A stretch of DNA of 41,753 nucleotides from Nemertoderma westbladi (Eukaryota; Animalia; Xenacoelomorpha): positions 1 through 41,753 of the forward strand of contig JAUCBJ010001808.1 of NCBI GenBank assembly GCA_032718475.1, read 5' to 3'. The notes under the pieces are model-generated. The model was not told where the DNA came from, ran no database searches, and saw nothing but the letters and a program-made list of their open reading frames with translations. The position numbers and the translations under genes were made by a program. Position 1 is the stretch's first letter. Each line of letters starts with the position of its first letter. Below are positions 12,677 to 23,558 of this stretch, piece after piece.

Positions 12677-14759
12677 CCCTTTGCTGCTCGAATTATTTTT
12701 ACTGGTTTAAAAAATTTTTTTTTAGGTTAGATAAACTGAAAACAGTCTAAAAGAACACATTAATGCCAAAAAAATTTTTTTTTTTATTTTTTGAATATTT
12801 TTAATGAATGTTGTTCAGGAACAACAATGAGCATTAAAGGTAGCAATAATATTTGGTAAAATAGAATCAGATTCATCTTTCCCACTGTCATTACTATCTG
12901 GTATGACAATTGAATACACCTTCTCTTTGTTCTGGTACCGAACTACTACTCCAAGGATCGGCATGCTGCATTGGAGCTGCATTTTTAAGAAAACTTTGCC
13001 GGCTTGTCGACAAAATTTCGCCGCTATAACTCCCTATAACCCATGACATTTGCTAGATCATCCGCATCTTCAAAGCCAGTGTCCTTCAAGATGCGTCTCA
13101 AGAAAGTCATGGGCTGTCCACCATTCTTATACACTCCAGGAGGCTGCCAAATCATAAGATTATGCACTGGCTGGTCCTCGCGGCGAAAGCAATGTCCTGC
13201 AAAGCGGAGGCGGCTTTGTTCTACAGTAGTGTCAAGCTTGGGGGGAACCAATGAGAGGCACCTCCAATGTTTTATAGTATCTAGTTGGAGATGTCTGCAT
13301 TGTACTTGACACAGTGAACTACTACTACTACGGTCAGCATGCTGCATTGCAGCTGCATTATATATATATTACATATATATTAAGAATGCTGTGCCGGATT
13401 GTCGACAAAATTTCGCCGCCACAACTGCCAATCACCCATGACATTTTGGCTAGATCATCCGCATTTTAAAGCCAGTGTCGTTCAAGATGCGTCTCAAAAA
13501 AGTCATGGGCTGTCCACTATGCGTATTCACTCCATGAGGCCTCCAAAGCAAAAGATTATGCACTGGCTGGTCCTCACGGCAAAAGCAATGTCCTACAAAG
13601 CGGAGGCGGCTTTATTTTAGTGTCAAGCTTGGGGGAACCAATGAGACACACCTCCAATGTTATATAGTGTCTGGTTGGAGAGGTGTGCATTGTACTTGAC
13701 ATAGTGAACTACTACTACTACGATCGGCATGCTGCATTACAGCTGCATTATATATTTATTACATATATATTAAGAATGCTGTGCCGGCTTGTCGATAAAA
13801 TTGCGCTGCAACAACCCATGAGCCATGACATTTGCTAGATCATCCGCATCTTCAAGGTCAGTGTCCTTTAAGATGCGTCTCAAGAAAGTCATGGGCTGTA
13901 CACCATGCTTATTCGCTCCATGAGAGCGTCAAAGCACAAGGTTATGCACTGGCTGGTCCTCACGGCGAAAGCAATGTCCTGCAAAGCGGAGGCGGTTCCG
14001 TTCAAGTGTCAAGCTAGTGAAGATTACTGGAAAACCTCCAATGCTATATAGAGTTTGGTTGAAGATGTGTTCCTTGTACTTGACAGAGTGAACTCAGCGC
14101 AAAATTCTTGTGAAAGTGCCACCCAGAGATTTGGTATCCTCTGCAGTTATAGCCCAGCATGGACTCCCATATAAGAGTACTGGTACTACTGCTGCCATAA
14201 ATAATCGAACCTTAAGGTTTCGTTTAAGTTACCGAACAATTAATTCGCAAGCATAAAAATCTGAATAGGTAATAATAATAAATATTAGATGAGACACCAG
14301 ATGAGTTATGAGACACCACCTAAATAACTGAGAAATAAAAACTAATAACAGTGTAATTTTAGCTTTCTTAAATGGGCAATGTTGTTGTGGGACAACAATC
14401 TTTAAAACACTACTAACTTGGTTAAAATCTATTAACAATCTATTGGAGCATTCGAAAATCATCTTAGACATGTTTTCCTATCTACTCAATTTTTTTGGAA
14501 CGGAAAAATTAAAGGGAATTGCATTTTTTAACATTATGAATGCACATGTTTTTTCAATTACCGCTTATTGAAGCATATGCTCACAATATGTAAGCCAATG
14601 TTCAAATTTCCCTCTTGAAAGCAAACGAAACTGATCCTCAGGTACAAGAAACATGTTGACAACCCATATCAACCAATCAGATATCACATATTACCATTCT
14701 GAGATTAGGAGAGCCAATAATAGGAATGTTGTTCCGGAACAACACTGCGCAGCAAAGGG
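12677..14759. mobile_element. Non-autonomous piggyBac-like element with ATAA target-site duplication
   Basis: TIR CCCTTTGCTGC / GCAGCAAAGGG; ATAA at 12673-12676 and 14760-14763; subterminal palindromes TGTTGTTC(A/C)GGAACAACA at ~12809 and ~14727; removing it rejoins the LINE RT. Confidence 0.8.
12944..14229 (-). mobile_element. Three head-to-tail 3' fragments of the RTE-like LINE seen at 1240-2751
   Basis: Units ~12944-13319, ~13320-13710 and ~13711-14229, each with RLRFAGHC-type coding remnants and a (TAG)n tail; TACCGAAC at 12936-12943 and 14230-14237 flanks the set. Confidence 0.85.
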
Positions 14760-16681
14760 ATAAGACAATCTAGACCAGTATATGCGGCCTATATATATTT
14801 TCGTAAAGCCTTTGATGTTGTACAGTAGACATAGCTATACTCCTTCACAAGTTATATACACAGTTCAACACTAAAGGAAAAACTTCTAGGAAAAACTAAT
14901 TGGTGGTATTTTACAAAACTCAGTTCAAATTTTCGATAGAGTACAGTACGTTACTCGAATTCGATAAAACAGTTGCATGGAAATCTCCAGGGGGATTGCT
15001 CTTCGCCTACAGTATTTCTAATGTTTATATCAGATCTTGCAAACAAACTTCGTTTGACAGGAACAATTTTACGCTTTATATTTTCGCAGATGACCTCGAT
15101 GTTTTTTCAACTAGCAGGGAAGCGATTCAAACAGCTTTGGATAATGTTTATACATGGTGCAGCACAAATAACATGTGTGAAAACCTAGAAAAGACGAAGA
15201 TTATTATGAAGTTTCGCCGTGGCGTGGTGTCCCAAGCAGACGACTTCACTTATGGTGGTGTGGTGGCCGACCTGTGGAAATATGCAATAACTATAACTAC
15301 CTCGGAATTTTATTGTAGCTCACATTATACTTTACTAAGCATGTAGATAAAAAAAACAACGTACATTCTCTTTGATTGGATGCCTGAGGAACGTCAATTT
15401 TGTATCAATTGAAACCGGACTCAAGATATTTGAAATATAAATATATCCTGCTGTAATGTACGCGCTCCCACAAATTGCTAGATTTTTCACTGCATCAAAT
15501 TTAAAAGATATTGATAGAATAAAATCGATATTCTTAAAACGATTATTGAGTTTACCATCTAACGCTTCGTCAACACTAACACACCGTCTATGTAACTGTA
15601 ACACATTTATTGAAAATATTTTAGAACATTTCTCGAATATTTTCAACCAAACAGTATTATATGAATACCGCCAATTCAGAAAAGATAGGGATGATAACTT
15701 TGACGACCAACAATATATAATGGGCCCAGCATTCCGAACAGATTTATGGTGATCAGCAAACCAGAAAAACCGCCATATCTTAACGAGTACAACGTGCCAT
15801 GGGTTTCATCACCTTATTATCTGCGGGAACCCCAAGCAGTTTTTGGATTGTGTTCGGGTGTGTTCTACTGTGTTCGCTTGTGTTCTGTAAAAAGATATAT
15901 CCACCAACCCTTGGAGGAATGTATTTGCAGTTATGTGAAAGGACTTGCCAAAATCGATACCATGTTCTCCAGTGCCCGGATGCACCGCAATTAGCTAGTC
16001 TGGCATGCAGAGACCTCTTAAACTTTATATGATTATAATGTTATATTATTTGACTATAATTATTTAGTTATAAAATAGTGGACGAATTAGCTCCTCTTTT
16101 ATATATACTTGCGTTTTATTAATGTTTTATATTGAATTTGTAACTTTAAATAAATAAGATCAGATTACCCCGCTTGGGGGTGTAGTTTAAAAAAAAATTA
16201 TTATGAAACCTTATAGAGGCACCAAAAATAGTAAAAGTAGAAAGAAACAGTAAATAATTAATAATTAATAATATTGTTATATTTGCCGGCTGATCGCGCA
16301 GCACATAGACACAATTGTGGGTTCTGGCATACTCGGTTGTGATACCCTATGTATCAGGTAACCCGTGGTTAAGTGTCTGTTAGGGCGGTTTGGACAAGTC
16401 CAATTTGATGTTATCAATAAATGCAGAACTAGTTCAGAAATCTGGGTTGTTTAGCTTATTTTTAGTGAGCGTATCTTTAATTTTAGTGCTTTGCGTTTGA
16501 TAGAGTTGCTCAACTAGTTTGATTATAAGGGTTTTCTCTCCACACATAGCTAAAGCAAGATGGTTCTGTGGAGATTTGTGCGCCCGAATTATCTTTTTGA
16601 TATGTCTAAACATGACCTACTAAATATACGACCATGAAAGCTGCATTCTACCTACTAAATTTAGTACGCATACGTTTTTAA

Positions 16682-18671
16682 AATAATTTACAATATATTT
16701 GAAGGATTTTATAATAAAAGTCTTCTAGAACATTTTTTTATGATTCATATCAATAGTATTATAATTTTGATACAACTTATTTTAATGGCTATTTTTATAT
16801 ATTATTGGTAAATGCCAGTTCCACTTCGTTGGTGCTTACCTACACCATCTCCTGGAATATTGTGTCTTAATTCAGTGACTTGGCCACCAATTATTCTATA
16901 AATCTTAACGCGTCAGAATATTTATTTTCGCTTTCAATCTTTAACTACAATCGTTTGAAAAGTGTTTTATGGAGTCTATTTAATTACTATCTCTTAGGGA
17001 GACAGGAGGGAAACTGGACGCAAACCCGCCTTGGCGAATTAATATCCCGCCTCAATGTTAAATTCTCAATTTAGGGAAAGGAACAGGTTACATTGGCACG
17101 TTATTTTAACCAAAACAATAACATAAACACAATAGAACAGGTTACAGTTTTATTTTTGAGAGTGTTAATTTGTTATTTGCGTCCAATTTCCCCTGGAGAG
17201 GGATAATTTTTATTGCGTCCAGCCCCCCCCCCCCCCCCTCGCCCCCTCCTATATCTGCTATTAGGACACAGTTTTTATTACATTATTTTTTTTGTTTGTG
17301 TTCTACAGTAGATTGTTTAGCAATTAAGTATCTATTGTAAATTAAATTAGCTAAATTGCGATTTTTGGTCGTTATATTCATTACGTCATTATATTATTTT
17401 AAAGTTTTTTTGGTATGTGATAGATTGGTCTTTCAATTGACCATAGCTAGTGTTTTTTTGGAAGCCAGTGTTTTTTTAAACATTAGCAAATTAATGAAGA
17501 AGGACAAAAGCAAATAACTAGTTGATAATTGGTTAATCTTGTGGAATGTGTATTGTTTATAATGTTTATCTATAATGATAATGAGTACCGGTAAAACTAC
17601 AGAATTATAATGTTCTATAATTTAGCTATTATACATGACTCTGACGCAGTTTGAATTCTTTTACAGCAGATTCTCTCACTGTCTGGGAGTGGGCTTTGGA
17701 GCGATTGTTGGCAAATATGATTACGCGAGAGCGAAAAATAATTATTGTAACTAGTTCGGTATGGGAAGGGCAGCTAATTACGTAAGAATAATTATCACAT
17801 AGTTTGGTTAGAGTCGAAGTTCTGCGGAACTGAAGGGTTTTTTCAAGCATATCTTAAACGGTTATTAAAGTTTTAAACGTTTCTTCAACAAATGCGCATA
17901 ACTGTCTTGTGAGTCATCCTTCTCTTCCCATGTCAAGCAAACTGTGGTAAAGTGAGTTAGTAACAGTTTCATTTTGTAAAACTCACGCACAGTTTTGGCA
18001 CCCTTTCCTACCCTTTCTGTTGAAAATTTTGTGGGTAAGAAAACCTAAAACAATTTCATTTCGACTTTCAGCAGCAATGCAAATTGATTCGTAATAATTT
18101 TCTGCTTCACTTGATAAAACTTCATCAACGTCGATATTTTCTTTAATCAATGCTCGATTTGTTGACCAAAAATCTCAATTTACAGTAGCTAATTTCATTT
18201 ACAATAGATACTTGGAAAAAACACTAGCTAGCATAAATAACAAAAAAATGATATATAAAATACAAGATATTTTTTATGTCTTAATTCATTGCAACCCACC
18301 CCCCTGTGAATCTTAATGCAATTGAAGGGAATATTAGATCGGAAGTGGCAAGTTTTAGCATCGTCTCGAGGCTATTTAATTACTTTTCAAACGCTTGTAG
18401 TTAAAAGATTGAAAGCGAAAATAAATTTTCTGACGCGTTAAGATTTATAGAATAATAATTGGTGGCCAAGTCACTGAATTAAGACACAATATTCCAGGAG
18501 ATGGCGTAGGTACGCTCCAACGAAGTGGAACTGGCATTTACCAATAATATATAAAAATAGCTATTAAAATAAGTTGTTTCAAAATTATAATACTTGACTA
18601 TTGAAATGAATCAAAAAAAATGTTCTAGAAGACTTTTATTATAAAACCCTTCAAATATATGAAAAATTATT
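16682..18671. mobile_element. DNA transposon remnant with long (~285-bp visible) inverted repeats and a decayed, possibly P-element-like transposase C-terminus on the minus strand
   Basis: 16682-16963 is a diverged reverse complement of 18382-18671; the minus strand at 17630-18100 gives LGFLTHKI..CQNC..MGREG*LT..CPSH, reminiscent of P/THAP9 C-termini. The IR is solid; the superfamily call is weak. Confidence 0.5.
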
Positions 18672-19077
18672 GTGACGGGATCGTAGATCCCGACCGGGTA
18701 AGATTTTGTACGCGTCACCGTTCTGCTGGGCTGCTGAGCTAGTGCCCTTTTGGCCGAAGGCCGTTGGGGAAAAATAAGAATTTGTGTTTCTCGATGTTAA
18801 TGTCCCAAAAGATAATAGCACCGTATTAGTTACAGTATGTTATTGAGATCGCAATACAGAATAACAGCAGATATCAGTAATAGATATTGGTTGGTGATGG
18901 TCGAAAACTATGACCGGTCTGCAACTCTGTGATTAATGAACTGACCGGTAAATCAGTAATCAGAATAACTATATGATTGATACACACAGATATTGGCTTC
19001 ACCTCTTATTCTACTTGGCCTTCTGTACCCAATGGATGCTTTCCTATCTCTGTTTACGTGCTCCCCTGCCTGCTATT

Positions 19078-20452
19078 TAGTGGGGTCGCTTAAGGTGAAA
19101 ATCGTTAATTGCCGGACAAAAGCATGAAAATGTGACTATATATGTAAAAAAATGTGTAGATTAATCTGAGCCTGTGTACCAAAAAAATTGACTACTTCCC
19201 TAGCAACAGGGTGACTTTTTCATAGCAACCGGGTAAAATTGGTCATTTCTGTTATTGAAACTCACCATATACAAAAATTACAATTATATAACTGGGTTAG
19301 TTTATAATATAAGTCTGTACACGTTTCCATAGCAACAAGGAGACCTTTACCTAGCAACCGCTCTATATTTAATGCAATTATGATTGAAACTTGGGATAAT
19401 CAACCTGGCTAGCAATAGAAGATGGTTAGTAATGAGATATGCGCTGATACACGTTTCCTTTCTAACAGGGTGTCCTTTCCCTAGCAACCGCTGTATATTT
19501 AATGAAATTATGATTGAAACTTGGGATAATCAACCTGTCTAGCAATAGAAGATTGTTAGTAATAACATTGGCGCTGATACACATGTCCATAGCAACAAGG
19601 TGACCTTTCCCTAGGAACTGCCTGAAATTTAGTGTAAATCACATCAATATTGTCAAATGCTACAGTTGTAAATAATCCATTACGTAAATTGATAGGGCAA
19701 AACAATATCATAAAATTGTGCTCGTTCAGCAAGGGTACATGCAATAGAGTTTTCTATTTGCAATATCCGATCATATGATAAACATATCCCAAGTGAATGT
19801 ATTTGGTCTATCAATACTTTGCTCCGGGTGGTGCTATGAATTTGTAATCCAATATATTGGGGTAATGCTGGTTTCCTCTTTGTACAATGCCGAACATGGA
19901 GACCTCCAACTGACTGTGTCCTAGATTGTTTATAAAGAAGTTGGAGATAACAAGGAGATCCATATATTTGGCATGAATCGGAAAAGGTGCCAGAAAATGA
20001 TGGAACTTCATGTTGCAATAAATGATATCGACATATATTTGCAGCTTTTGACAATATGGATAGATCAGCATCAACATCACGTACTGCAAATGCCGCCATG
20101 GTCATTTCTTTCATCGATTCTGGAAACACCAAAATTACATTTTTCCCATCAGAAACAAACTGAACATTATATTGTTTGAAATGTTGAATAATGTCATGTA
20201 CTCGACTTCTATTTTTAAACCAACCCAGTAATATAATCGTAATTTTTCTATATGGCGAGTTTCAATAACAGATACGACCAAAAGTATCCGGTTGCTATGA
20301 AAAAGTCACCCTGTTGCTAGGGAAGTAGTCAATTTTTTTGGTACACAGGCTAGGATTAATCTACACATTTTTTTACATATATAGTCACATTTTCATGCTT
20401 TTGTCCGGCAATTAACGATTTTGCTATATTTCAGCCTTAAGCGACCCCACTA
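19078..20452 (-). mobile_element. Non-autonomous Academ-type DNA transposon with ~230-bp TIRs and 3-bp TSD (ATT)
   Basis: Termini TAGTGGGGTCGCTTAAGG / CCTTAAGCGACCCCACTA; ATT at 19075-19077 and 20453-20455; internal transposase remnant. Confidence 0.75.
19640..20200 (-). pseudogene. Academ transposase fragment
   Basis: LPQYIGLQIHSTTRSKVLIDQIHSLGICLSYDRILQI followed, after a frameshift, by LRNGLFTTVAFDNID. Confidence 0.7.
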
Positions 20453-20710
20453 ATTGGCTTATATACTAATTGTCACGTTGGCACTCCCTGTGAGTGTTCC
20501 CCCCCGTCGCTAGCCTAATATTGGGTGTGGGGTGGAGTTCTTTTCTCGGGGTCGGCTTTCCAGACCCCCCCCCCCCCTGGGTGTGTTATTGCTACCCCCC
20601 CTTGATGCAATCGCGAGCTATGTTGCACCAAGGTATCTGGTGTCTCTGTTTGAGACAATTGTGCTCTCTCTTCACACAATTTTCTACAACCTCACTCTAA
20701 TAATCCTCAA

Positions 20711-20795
20711 GGACCTCGCTGTCCCTTACTTTCTCTCTCACGGACCTCGTTGTCCCTTACTATCTCTCTCACGGACCCCGTTGTCCCTTATTCTC
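20711..20795. repeat. 31-bp tandem repeat (about 2.7 copies) in the putative LTR
   Basis: GGACC(T/C)CG(C/T)TGTCCCTTA at 20711, 20742 and 20773. Confidence 0.8.
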
Positions 20796-20840
20796 TTCTT
20801 CGGTCCCTTGGGACTCTTCCTCTCTCACTGCTCGCTCCAC

Positions 20841-21160
20841 AGTAGTATATGTTTGTATGACCCGGTTCCATGGTCACCCGTAGCCCATCATTACCATCCA
20901 TTTCTAGTACTGCATCCAATCAGAAGCCACCATTTCAACCTTTACCAGTGGTCGTTATTATTTCAACCAATCAGATGACAGCATTTCATCCGAAACCATG
21001 GTAACCTCTCAAGTTCCCGCTTATTCCGCTAGAGGCGTTATTAGTCACCCAACGCTAGTACTGCATCCAATCACCAACCTTTATTTTACAAGTGTTCGGG
21101 TGTCTACACTTAGCATCAGGTAACTTCTACTATTTTTCAAATCGCAATTTTTCACCAACC
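20841..21160 (+). repeat. Polinton left terminal inverted repeat (320 bp)
   Basis: Reverse complement of 38641-38960 with about 3 substitutions seen by eye. Confidence 0.95.
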
Positions 21161-21695
21161 TTTATTTTACAGATGCTAGGAGTGTCTACAGGTAACGTCT
21201 ACTATTTTTCAAATCGCTATTTTTCACCAGTAACTAAATTTAATTTTGCAATTTTTCAGATAACAAAATATTCAACAGGGTTCGAACTCGGGACTGTTAT
21301 AACTCCTCACAACTCACCAATCACTCTTCCATCCAACCTCGAGAGAAAAAGGCGATAAATATCTGAGTTATACCATAGTCATTGAATTCTTCATCTTCAT
21401 CACAGGTAGCAGATGTTTATAAATAGCTTCTAGTTCCTTAACATAATTACTATAGCATAGAATACATTAATTCAACTATTAATAATAATCGATTTCTTTT
21501 ATCGATGTGACTGGTCGGTCAACTAAGTTAAAATATAAGTTAGAATGACAGGGCTAGCATTGATCAGGTTGCATCTGTTACATGTTACTGCTATTTCACT
21601 CTCTAACTCACGCTAATGTAATAAATTTAGCTGTACACGTTGCATCTGTTACACGAAGCTACTATATTCCTCACTGTACTACAATCACAGTCCTC

Positions 21696-22031
21696 ACAAT
21701 GCTACAGGTATATTTATTACATGTAAATTTCCAAGTATTGCTTGAAGTTTTTTTAAATAAATCCATAATTAGAATGAAAACTATTTTGAAAAATAAAAAC
21801 TAAATAAATGATTATTAGAATGTAAAACTTCTGTTTATATGGTTGCTTTAATACAACAGAGTGACTTCTGTTGTATTAAAGCAACCATATAAACAGAAGT
21901 TTTACATTCTAATAATCATTTATTTAGTTTTTATTTTTCAAAATAGTTTTCATTCTAATTATGGATTTATTTAAAAAAACTTCAAGCAATACTTGGAAAT
22001 TTACATGTAATAAATATACCTGTAGTATTGT
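21696..22031. repeat. Long palindrome: perfect 159-bp arms (21702-21860 / 21867-22025) with a 6-nt loop
   Basis: Centre ATACAACAGA-GTGACT-TCTGTTGTAT; pairing followed outward to CTACAGGTA / TACCTGTAG, plus 5 more pairs after one G:T. Confidence 0.95.
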
Positions 22032-23005
22032 TTATGGCAAGTACTTTATATTACTCTCATGCGATAGCAATGTAACAACGTGCTTCTCTTACCAGGATAC
22101 ACTCTACCTTCTAGACGTCTTAGAAATATTAATCAACCGACAAAAGGAATCACCAGTTTCAAGAGGTAATATTTATCCTAATATAGAATTTACAAGAGGA
22201 AAGTTAAATATTTCCACCTGTGTTATTACTGAAAACGTATATATTCAGAAGCAAGGCAAATGTCAAATTCTAAACAAATCACTCATTAATTTATTGCTTC
22301 AGAGTAAGACAGAAATATTAGAATTGTTATCACCACCACTCGAAATAATAAATCAGTGTTCTGTTGTTAATTTAACCAACCCATCTTTTGTTGGTTTTGT
22401 AAGCAAATATAAAGGAACGACTTATATGGGACTATGGGAGATTTCAGCTAGATATTCTGATGCTATTGGTCTTAGGTATTATAATGGATTTAACTTAACA
22501 GCATCGGAAGTAAATTCATTGTGGTATGAATGGAATTATGAAATTAGTAACAAAGGTGTCTTTTCAGAGCTAGATACGGACGATAAAGCTTTATCTGACC
22601 GACTTAAAGTAAAAATAAATGTACAAGAAAAAAAAGTAATTATTACAGACGGAAAGCAAATATTTCCAGTTACATTACGATAAAGACATACCTCATTTAG
22701 AGTTTCTCTATGATATGATGTTAAAGGTTTCATCAACTGATATAGCAGACGGTTTCGCGATTCTATATCAACCAACTTGGAAGTTTAAGGTTAATAAGTC
22801 ATTTCCAGAAGTAGTTTCATCCACATTTAATCCAAAGACATACATCGAAGAGACATCGAGTGATAGAAAGCGCAGATCTACATCTCAAACATCTTCCATT
22901 CCCAACAATGATTCTATACCTACAAAGAAAATAAAAGTTACAAAAGCAAGTGAAGAGGTAGCAGATTACAATATTACAATACATATAAAAACAGTATCAG
23001 ATTGA
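21961..23005 (+). CDS. PC4-like (ssDNA-binding / coactivator fold) protein; probably one ~347-aa gene split by a frameshift near 22660
   Basis: FVSKYKGTTYMGLWEI...GFNLTASEVNSL resembles PC4 VxxFKGxxxxDIRE...GISLxxEQWxxL; the frame of ORF 22715-23005 is open back to 22640 (YFQLHYDKDIPHLEFLYDMM). Confidence 0.55.
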
Positions 23006-23558
23006 TTTATTATTAACTAGAGACTTTTCTTTTTCAGTTTCACACTGACTTGTAAAGGTAACTTTTTATCACAAAGCGTGATTATTATAAAGTATTTGCA
23101 TGTAAAGGTGACTTTATTGAGTAAATATTGGTGATAGTTTATATTTAATGTGAGCATGGGATTAGGTATAAAACATTCGCATGTAAATGCATGAGTTTAC
23201 ACCACCATAATAAAACATTAGCATGTAAAACCTACTTTATCAATGAAAATTAAAAACGCATTATGCACATCTTGGTTTAGACTTGATTTTATTATAAAGA
23301 ATTCAGTTGTAAAAGCAACTTTATTTATGATATTAGTTTCCAATGTAACTGTTATTTATGATTGGTTGGTATAAGTAGAAACTTGAAATATATATAAAGA
23401 GCTCAACTGATTCAATCGAGCTCATTCTGAAAATATTAAATTAATTAAAGTTTAGATATTATATTTTATTTGTGTTGAGTAGCTTATGAATTTTTTTGAT
23501 TATATATATATAACAATATTCATATTAATTTTAAATTGTTTTTTAGGATAATAAAGAG

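Larger units (their letters stand above)
12400..16198 (+). mobile_element. Decayed 5'-truncated LINE related to the 4940-5910 family, split by a piggyBac-like insertion
   Basis: WK..IKVLYKGKGSVNDPSNYRGIA and EQYGFIPGRST before 12677; resumes after 14763 with VYAAYIYFRKAFD, LQGD, IFADD and the C-terminal RYHVLQC; ends in a stem-loop and poly-A at ~16166-16198. Confidence 0.8.

Noticed and set aside
21092-21358. Mirror ORFs MFGCLHLASG... (also 38509-38709)
   Set aside because: The shared N-terminus simply reflects the TIR; GTG start and no protein features.
21582-21803. 73-aa ORF
   Set aside because: Largely the antisense reading of the palindrome arm.
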